Positions 11,661 to 26,683 of a stretch of 64,000 nucleotides of DNA are shown here, one piece after another. The first letter of the stretch is position 1. Each line of letters starts with the position of its first letter. Under the pieces are notes generated by a model. That model worked only from the letters and a program-made list of their open reading frames with translations. It searched no databases and was not told the DNA's origin. The position numbers were made by a program, and so were the translations under genes. The stretch comes from the human T2T-CHM13v2.0 reference genome, Homo sapiens. The stretch lies in assembly GCF_009914755.1 (NCBI RefSeq), contig NC_060930.1; one strand, written 5' to 3'.

Positions 11661-12262
11661 TGTAAAAAATAACCTACATGTGAAGAAGGTTCATTTTCAT
11701 AAGTGCCTTAGAATATGTTTAAGCAGGCCACATGGAAACAAAGAGATAAAGAAGCAAAATATACTAAGCCACAATCCCCTCCTTCCTGCTTTCCCTTTGA
11801 CCCAGTGTCCAGGAGCCTACTGGTCAGGGCCCCCTCAATGACCCCCCTCCCCACCTCATCAAAGAATTTAGTTTGGGCTAGCTTGCCATCACCTAAGTGC
11901 AGTCACTAGGGCCATAAGTCAAATGCTCAGAGTCTTGAGACAGTCGCCATGTATTATGGGTGGCTGCAACAAAATGCAGCAAAAAATGCAGCAAAAAGAC
12001 CCTAAAGAACATACTTGAAGTCTTAATACAACTACCAATAGGCGATGCCCAGGAAGACTATAACCCCGTAGTACTCAGCTAATGAGGAATTGGGGGAGGG
12101 ACTTGCACACTAGGGAAGAAATAGTTTGTTGAAACTGTCCCAGGTGTACCTGCACTCCAGACACCTGATCTTGCAAGACTGTCATTAAAAGTCTCTCTTT
12201 CGCTGTTCTCTGGGTCTCTGAGTCTATTCTTTGGGTTTGAATGGGTGAGTTTCTTTCTCACA
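11661..12262 (+). mobile_element. ERV 3' LTR (LTR71-like)
   Basis: Follows the purine tract AAAAGAAAAAGAGGAGG; TG start, ATTAAA at 12184, ends TCTCACA; MIC intron 5 sequence resumes immediately after. Confidence 0.8.
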
Positions 12263-15200
12263 GGGATGTAGATGGCAACGTGGCTCTCATTCCCCTCCCA
12301 AATACCCCAACTTTCATCGCCTGTTCCAGAAGCCTTGTCACCTACAAGCCTATCTGCACAGAAGGTATGAGGGGACACTACAGCCCAGACAGGGACCCTC
12401 CCATCTCTAGCAACTGTCCCCTTTTCTCACCTGGACCCTCTGCACCTGATGTTGTCTTCTTCTTGCATCAAAGGACACAGAGAATAATAATACTACTAAT
12501 AATACTAATGATGATGAAAGCAGCAACAGCAGCAACATATGGAATGGCTGGTCATCAACTCTGAAGCACCAGGGCCATCCCTGAAAAAAATGGCCTGTTA
12601 CACACTGGGCACCCACAGCCACAGCCGTTCCTGCTGCCCCCACCCTGGCCTGATCCTCCTTATGTTGGAACCCTCAAGGGTGGTCCCAGTTTCACTAGAG
12701 GACACAGGGTGAGTGCTGTGATTCCTGCTGTATCCCATGGAGCAGATGACCCTCTGCTCCTCTCCTTGGGGAATCCTGCAGGCCACCTCTGTCTGGTAGG
12801 TCCCATCCCATTGGACAGAACACCCCAAGACTGCCGGGCATCCTGGCTCAAAGACGCCCCATCCTGTCACCAGGTCAGAGAGATATTCTGGAGATACAAG
12901 CCAGAGCCCAGCATATCAGGGTGATGTTGCCCTCCAGGGCCTCACTGCAGGCCACACTCATGGTGGAGGAGGGGGGGACTGGAGAAGAAAGGGCAGAGAC
13001 AATGAGGCACATGGCCAAACCCTGCTCCCCTCTAATGGAGATGCAGGGAACAGGGCTGGTCCGCTCCACTGCTCCGACTCTGGCAGAAGTCCTCACGGAC
13101 CCCAGACCTTCTGCAAGTCTGTCCTCACCCTGGGGACCAATTCCTCAAGGCTGGCAGAAGGATGGGCCTCGAGACTGTGTCTTTATGCTCTGGGATCCCT
13201 GCATTGATGCTGAGGAGGGGAATGTCAGGGGTGGGCTCCTGGTACATGGGGCCAGAGGGAACTCTTTGGGATGGGCAGGCTGGGAAGCAGATGGGGCAGC
13301 CTTGGCCCTGGGGGCTTCCTCTCCTGCCTGACACCCACCCGGTTCAGGCTTCTGTCAGAGGGCCCCCTGCTTCCCCAGATTGTGACACTGGACCCTTCAA
13401 TCCCTGACCCATTGTCTTTTTCCAGTGGCTCTAACAGGAGAGAAAAATCAGGATATAACACACCAACAGAAAACACATGCATCCATAGCACAAGGAGGGT
13501 TTCCCTGGACAGAGTTGGGGGTCGGGGTGACTCTAGTGGAATAGGGGAGAGGAAAGCCCCTACCCAGGCCCAGTACCTGCTCTCCTGACACCCACACAGG
13601 TTTCCAGATACTGCTGTAGTTTCTGCCTGCAGTCTACCCATATAGGGTGAGAGTGTGTCTCAGCCGGCATAGCATCTTCCTTCTAGAAATTTGTGATGTT
13701 CATAGCAAAGGTCTGAGTTCTGGAGGACTGGGATACTGTCCATTCCTGAGTCTCCAGGTTGAGAGAGAGGAAGAGCTACCCATAAGAGTAGGAATGCCTA
13801 GAGCCCCTGGTGCTGCTGGCTTCCTGATCTCACAACCCCTAATCTCCTGGAGGGAATGCAAGGCTACCCCCACCCAGCAGTTCCAAGTGAGGAACTCAGA
13901 CCAGAGGAGACCCCTCCCTGGCCCTCCTCCATGCCTTTCTGTGTGGGCTGAGTGCCAGGTTACCTCCCCGCTGAGCTCTGCTGACCCCTATTCCTCACCC
14001 CTACCCCCAGCCAGATCCAGTGGGGACAGACAGGTCCCTGCTCTCTGCCCCCAGCTCTCCTGGAAAAGGCCTCCCATCACTCTTGCCTGCTGCCAACTCT
14101 CACCTCCCTTCTGTCCCTTGATATATGCCAGGGCCCTTCTGAGGTCCTGCCCATTCTCTGTCAAGTCCTCAGTCTCTGTGTCCCAGGTCTCAGCTCCCAG
14201 AACTGCTTCTGCCCACTGTCCCCGGGACCCAGCCCTGCCTTTCTGCCTGTTGAAGAGCAGGAAGGGCTGACCATCCAGATGTCCCTCAGCAAGAAACCCT
14301 GACTGCACAGATCCATCCCAGGACAGCACCGTGAGGTTGTAATGAAGACTGTGGGGCCCTGGGGAACAAGAAACCACAGATGAAACTTCTTCCTGGAAGT
14401 AACTTCACATTGATGTTTAACACACAGGTCTGCTGTCTCAACCTTTCTGAGGAGGCAGGAAATGTACATATGCAAAGGGACAAGAATGAGGATTTCAGAT
14501 ACAAGGAAAACTGGGAGGGCAGGAGGATGGAGGAGCAGACTGAGGAACAGAAGAAGGGGGAATGGAGATGGCAAACATGTAGGCCAGCTGCCAAGGCAGG
14601 GTGGCCACAGGCCACCTAAGGGTATAGGGAGGAGGCCAAGGAGAGAGGCTGCCCTGCAGTGGTGAGGGAGGAGCACGAAGGCAGTGGTGGAAGGAAGGTC
14701 TTGCCAGAGGGGAGGGTGGAAATGGGAAGGGACCCAGGCTCAGAGGGACCCATGACCAGCATGGCTGTGCTACACAGGTGAGGGTGAGATGGAGTCACGG
14801 GCCGCTGCCTTTGAGGAAGGCTCATCATGTACAAGATGGGAGTAAGGGAGGATCAGTGCATCTTTTCAAGAAACAGTGCCAGGAAAACGACATTCACATG
14901 CAAAAAGAAATGAAGTTGGACTCCTGACTTATACCACATATACAAGTTAACTCTAAATAAATCAAAGACCTACACTCAGGAACTAAAACTGAAAAATTCT
15001 TAGAATGAAACATTGGGAATAATCTTCATGACATAGGTTTTGACAACACTTTTATGGATATAACACCAAAGCACAGACAACAAAGAAAAAATTGATAAGT
15101 TGGACCCATCAAAATAAAAAAAATTGAGCATTAAAAAACACAATCTGCAGAGTGAAAAAGCAACCATTAGAATGGAAGAAAATATTTGCAAATCATTTAT

Positions 15201-17631
15201 CTAATAAAAGATTAATATCCAGAATACATAAAGAATTCCTGTAACACAAACATAAGACTCAAAAAAACTATGTAGGCAAAGAATTTGAATAGCCAATTCT
15301 CTGAAGAAGACATACAAATGGCCAATAGACACATGAAAAGATGCTCAACATCTGTAGTTATTAGGGAAATGCAAATCAAAACTGCAATGGGCTACTACTT
15401 CACACCAATTAGGATGGCTATAATCAAACACACACACACACACACGCACACACACAGAGAGAGAGAAAAAGCAAGTTTGGCAAAGAGGTAGAGAAACTGG
15501 AACGTTTGTGTAGTACATTGGGAAAGACAAAGTGGGGCACCTGCTATGGAAATCAGTGTGTTGCTTCCTCCAAAAACTAAAAAATTAATTACTATGTAAT
15601 CCAGAAATTCTACATCTGGGTATTTACCCAAAAGAAATGAAAGCAGGAACATTAAAAAGATATTTGAACACTCATGTTCATAGCAGCATAATTCCCAATA
15701 GCCAAATTCATAGAGACAGAGAGTAGAACCAGTGGTTCCAGCGGCCAGGGGGAAGGAGGAATGGGGAGCTACTGTTTAGTAGGCACAGAGTTTCAGGATG
15801 CACAAAAATGTGAATGTACTTAATGCCACTGAACTGTACACTTTTAAATGGTGAAAATAGTGAACTTTATATGTATATTTTACGACAATTAAACAACAAA
15901 AAAGAAATTGTCACAGTGTACCAAACAATAATATAGAATTAGAAAGAGGCTGGGGTCCTGTTCAGAGAGAAAAAAACCAAGGCCTGAGGAAGGGCCTTCA
16001 GAGAGGAGTGGTGCTGAAGGCGGAGCAGTCACACTCCAAAAGAGGGCTCAGGTTAGAAAACCCTCACAGGAGGAAGGTGGTGCTGGGAGAAGGCCCAGAG
16101 GAGGGGATGACCACAGCCCACTATGTGGTAAGTGAAGATTTTGGATATGAAGTCTAGGAACTGACAGCCCACCGGGGTCAAGGAACCGAAAGAGGATGAG
16201 GGTCAAGGAGCCGTTGGACTAGAGCCTGTTTTGGGTCTGGGTGGGGGTGAGGAGATGGGCAGGGCAAGGACTAAAGGGTGGCATGAGAAGGAAGGGGGGG
16301 TGACCCTGGGAGAACTTGGGGTAAAGTGAGAACAGGAAGGGAGGGGTTGTCTGGGGGAGGGTGGGGTTTGGGGAAGGTGAGAACTTGCTGAGGGCCCAAG
16401 GCAGCTGGTCAAGAGGTGGGAACAGCATAAGGTCCCAAGGCAGAGAGGGGCAGAGGGACCAGGGAGGGATGGTCCAGCACCTGAGGGTTTCAGGGTGGGG
16501 TCCTCAAGAGGGTGAGGCTGAGGATGAAGGAGTGGGGAACGGGTCACCTGAGGCAGGGCCCAGAGCAGGCATCTGCACTGGAGGGGAGGGGGCATCTGCG
16601 CTGCCCTGCGCCCTGCCTAAGGCCCAACTTTCATTAGCACCAGGGCTCCCCTTAAGTGGCCTGGAGGGGAGTGGGATGGAGGGAAGACTCCCCTGACAAA
16701 AGGCAGCACCAGAAAGTTAGGGTCAGGGACAGCTGGGAATGGAGAGGCATAGGGGCAGCACTGGGTGAAGGCTGCTTATAGGAAAGGCCCATAAGGGAGG
16801 CAGGAGGGACGGGAGCAGGGGATGAGGGCAGAGGACACCCTACAAATGGATCAGAGAACTGCAGATAGAAAGGGGTAGCAGGGAGCAGGGAGGGCAACAG
16901 GACCCAGGGGGCCATGAGAAAGGAAGCTGAGGAAGTAGGAGGGAACTTGGTGTCCTTAGATCATTGGAGTCCACAGTAGCTGGGAGGGTTGACAGAGAGG
17001 AAAGAACCCTGGGAACGGGAGGCGAAGGGATAATGAGCTGGGGATGGGAGCAGTCGCAGGAAGAATCCTCTGCCTGGAGCCGGCAGGCTCCAACCCCTCA
17101 GCTTGAGAGTCAGGAGCCCCATAGTCCCCACAGCAATAGGAAGCACCAGCTCCTGGTCCCGAAAAAAGGAGGGCCCCAACTCCAGGGACTGCGGCCCGCC
17201 CTGGAGCTGAGAACACGCGGACTCCAGGGAGAGGACAGGGCTTCAGGGACCCGAGAGCCGCTCTGAGCACCGGGGGATGTGACTGCCTCAGCGGCAGAGC
17301 TGGAAGGGCCCTCGAATGCCATTCACAGGAACAGCCCAGGAACCCAGGGACTTCAGAAGGGCTGGTTTGTCCGAAAAGTGAGAGGAGGCGGAGGAGAGGT
17401 GAGGAGAGCAAGTGCAAGAAGAGACCAGAAAGTGCAGGGGGCGGGTGATGCGCGATCCCGAGGAGGACTGAAAAGAGACTGAAAAGCAGGGCTGAGGAGT
17501 GGCGGCAACCGGCAGCGTCCAGCTCCCGCACCTCGCTGCACATCGCACCTGAGCCCCGCCGCGACCGCATCGCGCTCGCTGCGACCCATTCGGACCCCCC
17601 AGAAACGCCAAGCCGCTCCCGCTCTAGCCGA
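12263..17631 (-). pseudogene. MICD: MIC (MICA/MICB-like) pseudogene: exon 2 alpha1 14104-14358, exon 3 13577-13863, exon 4 12696-12978, exon 5 TM 12431-12580; exons 1 and 6 missing
   Basis: Alpha1 peptide [32 protein letters not shown]; alpha3 peptides EGNIT and GTYQT...GEEQR; TM exon VLQS...KKKT.SGAEGP with in-frame TGA TGA; AG/GT boundaries found; intron 1 resembles MICA intron 1 up to ~17631. Confidence 0.92.
14860..15910 (+). mobile_element. L1M (L1MB-like) 3' fragment in MICD intron 1, with a (CA)n(GA)n run at 15428-15465
   Basis: ORF2 C-terminal remnant ([22 protein letters not shown]) and L1MB-type 3' end GAATGTACTTAATGCCACTGAACTGTACACTT. Confidence 0.8.
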
Positions 17632-17703
17632 GGGCTAGAACAATCCTGCCACCTCAGCCTCCTGAGTAGTTGGGACTACAAGCGAGTGCCACCACGTCCA
17701 GCT
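17632..17703 (-). mobile_element. Alu fragment at the MICD exon 1 deletion junction
   Basis: CAATCCTGCCACCTCAGCCTCCTGAGTAGTTGGGACTACAAGCGAGTGCCACCACG. Confidence 0.8.
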
Positions 17704-18479
17704 GTCATTTACCATCTGGTACCAACCCCCATTAGACAATGAACCATCCATGATCACGAACTGTGTCCCTTCCATCTTCGTCAGCTTTACGAGCATTTTT
17801 TTTTCCAATGGAACTCTACCTATGATTACTAACCATTCCCCAGGACCCCTAGCCTACACTTTTCTGTAGATGAAAATGTCATACACCACAGAGTTTTAAC
17901 AATTACTTAGTTTTCCCATCCACATTCACTGATTATTTATTTCGAGCATTATCATTTATTGAGCACAACAGGGACTGGGGTCTTGTCCCCACCTTAGAGG
18001 GATTATTTACACTGCTAAAGGTCACAAGGGTAGTGAGGGGCAGAGAGGAAGATGGACCCAGCTCTCCTGACACTGGTCCCAAGCTCTTCCCTCCACAGTG
18101 TCTACACTCTCTCGAGGACTTTTTCTCCCTGTGCCAGTTCCAGCAAAGGATCTCATTCAGCTCACCCCCAAGAAGACTTTTAATACTTCAATGACGATGA
18201 TACTAATAATAATAATATGCAAAGTTTGTTCCAACGCATTTAGAGGTGATCGCGACAAGACATGAAGCCAATCCCTCCCTTTCTGGGGTAGGGGAGGCAG
18301 TGATGATCTTGGACTTTGGATGAGTCGCTCCCCAGGGTCTAGGCCTGGCTGCCCCTCCCCAACCAAATCTCCCAGGTCTTTTCTGTCCAAAGCCCTCCCC
18401 CTCTACCCTACCTCCAGCTCCTTCTGCTCTGAGCCATCAACTACGTTTTCTCCCTCAGCACTCGCCTTAGATTCCTGGA

Positions 18480-19280
18480 CTTACCAGCACAAAGGTGATT
18501 TTCTCCTCGCAGACTGTAGGCGCCACTGCTGGGTCCGGAAAAGAAAGAGAAAAGGCCCAGCGCGGTCGCGTGTGTAACTCAGGACGCGGCTGCGCTGGGC
18601 GCCCGAGCGCGTTCTCAGGACTGCGGCCCGGAGTTCACTGCGAGGACGGGGATCACCCATCATCCCGCCCTGGTCTACGGAAAATGACAAGTGTTTACTG
18701 ATATAGAAACGGAATAACGGCGCTGTGGGCTGGGGAGGGCCGAGCTGCCTTCAGGCTTCTGGTCTCCAGCTGCGCGGCACTCACACCTGCCGCTGTGAAA
18801 ATGCAGACCCGCGGGGCAGGAATTCCGAGTCCGGGCTGGAGCGCGATCTGGAATCTGACTCGCTTGAAACAGCACCGCGGTGGATTCGGAGCCGGGTGAG
18901 CAGGGAACTGCGCCTCAGCCCCTCCCACGGGCCGCCCACTGATTCCAGGATCCGAAAACGCTTCCAGCTGCTCCGTCACCCCAGGAAGGCAGCGCCGGCC
19001 TCTGGGCGGTTCTGGTGGAAACGGGCTCCGCCGCCCGCAGGAAAACTCACAACTAAGGGACCAGGAAAAAGCCTCTCAGGGTCGCGCGCCTTCAGTGAGG
19101 ATCCTAATTTACACCCCGAGTGTGGCCCCGTCAAAGACTAGAGCGAAGGTCACTGAAATGACACAAGATCAGCGAGGCCCAGGGCGCTGCCGCTCACAGA
19201 ATGCGGAGACACGGCTGCCTCGCGTCCCTTCCCTGACCTGCCCCAGGCGGACGCGGTGACGTGTGTTTGCCTCGAGGCTG
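18480..19280. promoter_or_regulatory. CpG island / probable promoter upstream of MICD
   Basis: Visibly dense CpG (CGCGGTCGCG, GCGCCCGAGCGCG), GC boxes, and minus-strand donor-like sites (CTG/GTAAGT at ~18479-18487; GTGAGT at ~18779-18784). Confidence 0.7.
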
Positions 19281-20115
19281 GAATACATGGGGATCAAATG
19301 CAGAGAATGGAGAAAGGAGGGAAGGATGGGGGGACATTTCGAGGAAAGGAAGGGAGAGGGAGAAAAGGGGAGAGAAAAGGTGAAGGTGAGAATAATATCT
19401 GAAAGATGTAGTTTTATTATTTCTAATTTTATTTTTGCCCTTTATCTAGTTTTGTTATTTATGAACATTTTTACCAAAGCTTTTTTTTCTCTGTGTGTGA
19501 ATCTGTAAATATACGGCTTATTATTCTTATTTCAGAGCCTGCGAGGTCAAGCTGCAGAGAACATGAGCTTCTACCTCCAGATGTGCCAGGGTGCATCTCG
19601 TGGGTGCAAGAACAAGGGTTTTGTTTTGTTTTACAAAATCAAAGTACAAATCTCAAATAGAATAATATTTTTAAACCATTATTGGGACATACTTTGCACA
19701 CAATCAGTGTATCTATTTGAAATGCACAGCTCATTGAGTTGTACTGCTTGGCTGTTTTACACACCCACATATCCACTACCACAATGAAGATAAAGAAATA
19801 ACATTTCCATAGTCCCCTAAAGAATAGCCACGCGATAAAATTCCACGCAGTCCTTAAAAAGAGGAGGATAAATTTGTAAGTATTGTTATGAGAAGATCTG
19901 TGCCCAGCCTACTTTTATCCATTTTTAAAAGGACGAGGATATATGGAATTATAATACCAGTAATACCACTTACATAATATATATTTTAAGTAGGGGAAAA
20001 CATGGAGGATTATTCCCCAAAATTTTGACAGGGACCCCAGGGACTGGGATAACGTTGTGACTTTCACCTTCTCTGAAATGTTGGAATTTTATATTACAGA
20101 ATAAACTTGGATTTT

Positions 20116-20286
20116 GGCCAGGCGCGGTGGCTCAGGCCTGTAATCCCAGCTCTGGAAGCTGAAGGATAGCTTGAGCCCAGGAGTTCGAGGCTGCAGTGAG
20201 CTATGATCTCACCACTACACTCCAGCCTGGGTGACAGCAAGAGATCTTGTCTCAGAAATAAATAAATAAAATTTAAAAATAAAAAT
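20116..20286 (+). mobile_element. Alu monomer (FRAM/FAM-like)
   Basis: Single arm with (AATA)n tail; TSD AATAAACTTGGATTT at 20100-20114 and 20287-20301. Confidence 0.88.
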
Positions 20287-20764
20287 AATAAACTTGGATT
20301 TGTGTGGTGGTTAAGAAAAAATATTTGTTTGAAAATATTATAAAGATAAGCCACACACCCAAATAGTTACAGGATTTTAAAAACCAAAGTGTTAATTAAA
20401 ACCCAACTCCAGAAACTCTCTTTTAAGGGGGCTTCATATTTTCATGTCATTAAATCTTTCTCAAAGTATCTTTGATAGAGCCGTTTTTAGTGCAGTAGAG
20501 AGATGTGTAACAATTTTACAAAAGGGGCGGGCTGTAATAAAAAGGGAAAGGCAAAATCCAGTGTGGACACACTGTCCCATTTATTTTCAAAGCACGTTTG
20601 AAAACTGCGCTGCTATAGCGTCTTTGGGTTGAGACAAAGTCGAGGAAAATCTTGTTCCTGGAGTACTGATTTCCTTTTTCCCAGGGCCAAAGTCTAAAAC
20701 TCAGAAGCAAGTCTAAAAACTCAGGCTGACTTTCAGATCTGAAGAAATCTCAAGAATATTTGTG

Positions 20765-22453
<1,689 letters not shown>

Positions 22454-23271
22454 AAGAATGTTTGTGCGGACAGCTACGCTCTAAGAATCCAGCTCTCTTG
22501 GGCTCCAAGCTCAAGCTCTCTGGGGCTTCACCCAGTGACAATGGCCGGAAGGACAGGACACAGTGAAATGGCACCAGTGAGTCAGAGGCCAAAGGAGGAT
22601 TTCTGGCCCCAGCGCGCAGGATGTGCTTTGTTATAGTGGGGTTGGGATAGCGGAGCGGAGGCAAGGACACTCTGGGAATAAATGGCGAGAAAAAGTGCGC
22701 TAGGGAGGATCCAAAGCCTTCAGACTTCTTCCTTTCCTTCCTGTTGGGTGGGAGGGGACCAACATGGTCCCTGGTGGGGAGGTCCGTGGGATGCAGAGAA
22801 TGGGGTCGCTGCAAAGGGGCGTTGCGCGCCCCACGCAAGGCTTCTGGCACTCTTCTCCTAGCTACTACTGATGAGTTCAAACTAGCAGGAGACTAAGACG
22901 TGTCCTTTGCTATGTAGACTCCATATCTTGCACTTCGGCTGGTTTACTAAATCCATCTTAATAAAACACAAAAACAAAGAACCAAATTCTGCGTGTGATA
23001 TTTCTGACCTCTAGAAGGTCCTCCCTCTCCCCATTCCTCGTGGGCTCCCTTCTTGCCCCGCCCCCTCCGCTTTGTCTCCACTTCTCCATCCCTGTCCATC
23101 TCTGGACCCCGCTCCTGAGTATCTCCCCCCTTCTTCAGAGGACTTCCCCTCATGGAGTACAGTCTCCTCCACCTCCAGGAAAAAGAGACAAAGTCCACTG
23201 AGAAGGAACTGAGAGACTCCTGTTACTCCACCCCTGAAGTCAGCCTGTCCCACAACGCTCACTCAGGCTGC

Positions 23272-23450
23272 ATGTGTGTGTGTGTGTGTGCCTGTGTGTG
23301 TGTGCCCGTGTGTGTGAATCTGTGTGTGAGAGTGTGTCTAAATATGTGTGTGAATGTGTGTGCGACTGTGTGTGCCTGTGTGTATCAGTTAGCGTGTGTA
23401 TCTGTATATGAGAGAGAGTGTGTGTGTATGTGTGTGTGTGTGTGCGTGAA
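23272..23450. repeat. Interrupted (TG)n microsatellite
   Basis: Directly visible. Confidence 0.95.
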
Positions 23451-24306
23451 TGAGAGTCAAAGTGCTAAACCTGGCATCCAGGAAACCTCCCCACCTTGGC
23501 ACTGCACGCAGGAGTCAGTGTTATGTGCACCTGTGCTTTTATTTCAGGAGCTGAGACAATTGTATTAATCAGATGTGCAGAGAGCCAAGGGCCCCACGCT
23601 GGAAAGCATCAGAGAGGAGGGTGAGATTGGAGGAGCCCCTGACTCCAAGTCTCTTGATCACTCTTACACAGGGATCTTGAAAAAAAAGTGCAGGACACTC
23701 CGTTCTCTCCTGGGAGTGACAGGGAAGCCAGAGCCACTGTGCGTGTCAAATTCCATCAAAGAAAAACCATTATAGCAAAACTTCCATGTCACAGTTTTAA
23801 GCCTGCACAATGACTCAAATAGAACCAATACCAAAAAAACAAATTCCTAGCTCAGGTGAGGTCAGTGAAGTTGGCTGTCAGGTGTAAAGGAAACTGCAGG
23901 TATAAAGAAGGACACCTGTAGGTAGGGCTGCAGCCCAGTCGCCCCTGCATCTTAGGGCGCCTGGAAAGGACTGTCTCCATTCAATAGTGCAGGGTGAGGA
24001 CATTTTGGGGGAGAAATATAGACTGTCCTTAGACCCCTGGGGTTTGTACATTTACTTTCTGACTTTTTAGCTGTTGACTTCATTTTTGAACAAATTACAG
24101 TTACATAAATTTGCTTTGACTTTAAGTGTAAAACAGGAAAATATTCCTGAAACAGGAAACAAGGGCCAAGTGACCTGCACTGTCACCCCCCTCTGTGGCT
24201 CCCTGATGCAACACAATTGTGAGCCAACAAATCTATGGCTAGGGAAACAGTCAACTCCATTTCTGCAAATGTTTCAGATGTTCCTTCTTGCTGAGTAATG
24301 TTCTAG

Positions 24307-24658
<352 letters not shown>

Positions 24659-24859
24659 TTGTTGGTTTTTAAATAATGCATGTATATTTATTATTTGGTT
24701 TGTTGTAGTAAGCCATCTGGAATCAACTGTGGAAATAAATGAATGGTTCTCTATTAAATAACTGCTGAGACCATCTGAAAAATGTATTAACCCCAAAACC
24801 AATCACTTCACACTCGTCTACTGCCTCCTCCCCAGAGCCATTCTCTCTAGGATAGTAAA

Positions 24860-25814
<955 letters not shown>

Positions 25815-26391
25815 TTATATTTGAGAAATCTGTAATTCTACAATGAAATGCAAAATATAGAAGAATCTTTAGGTATAAGGATATTAATCAGATATTATTT
25901 ACAATAAGGAAGAAGAACTTGTAAAAGAAGAGTAGCTGGGTCATTTTTTGGAAATAGTATACAGCCAGGAAAAGTACTGTTTAAGAAGAGTTTATGATAA
26001 CATATAAAGTTGCTTATTGATAATAATAAAGTTTGAAAAGCAAGATTCAAAATAACTCATACAGTGTGACTGCACTAAGTCATCCTGCACAGACACCACA
26101 TGCACAGAAACCAGGGGTGGAAACTCAGGGGGCAGCTGCAAAGCACAGCTCCAGGGCCCCTTTTCACTGACGTCTCTGAGGCTCTGCCAGGCAGAGGTTC
26201 ATCCGGATCCTCCCAGTGGGGACACAGGTGTTTTCCATCTTTCTGCTTCACTACATTTTTTATATTTTCTGTAATTGAGCAGATTCTACTTTCTAAAAGG
26301 GTAAAATGCTGATTATGAAGTTTTACAACATTTGAAATACAATTTTAATGAAAAAGTCCAAATGTCCTGTCCCAACTCAGGTCACTTTCTC

Positions 26392-26683
26392 TTTTTTTAG
26401 AGATAGGGACTTGCTCTCTCACCCAGGTTGTAGTGCAGTGAGTTGATCATAGTTCACTGCCGCCTTGAGCTCCTGGGTTCAAGTGATCCTGCTGCCTCAG
26501 TCTCCAGAGTAGCCAAGACTACAGGAAAGCCCCAAAATGACCATCTAATTTAAAAAAAAAAATTGAACAGAATACATCTCACTGCTTCCCAGGCTGGTCT
26601 TGAACTCCTGGGCTCAAGTGATCCTCCTGCCTTAGCCTCCCCAGTGTTCTAGGATAACATGGGTGAGCCACTGTGCTCAGTCC
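26392..26683 (-). mobile_element. AluJ
   Basis: Diverged antisense Alu (GATCATAGTTCACTGC, CTGGGCTCAAGTGATCCTCCTGCC). Confidence 0.85.

Larger units (their letters stand above)
17010..20310 (+). ncRNA. HCG9: Approximate span of lncRNA HCG9, antisense to MICD intron 1
   Basis: Placed by known gene order only. Supported by a CpG-rich 5' end and by a TACAG acceptor (20095-20099) followed by AATAAA-rich sequence (~20257-20292). Exon structure not determined. Confidence 0.4.

Noticed and set aside
12400-17620. Many overlapping 70-200 aa ORFs on both strands
   Set aside because: Shadow frames of GC-rich MICD exons and introns; only the MIC-like frames show recognisable homology.
22947-23568. ORFs around the (TG)n tract with CVCV repeats
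   Set aside because: Low-complexity translation of a microsatellite; no splice or homology support.
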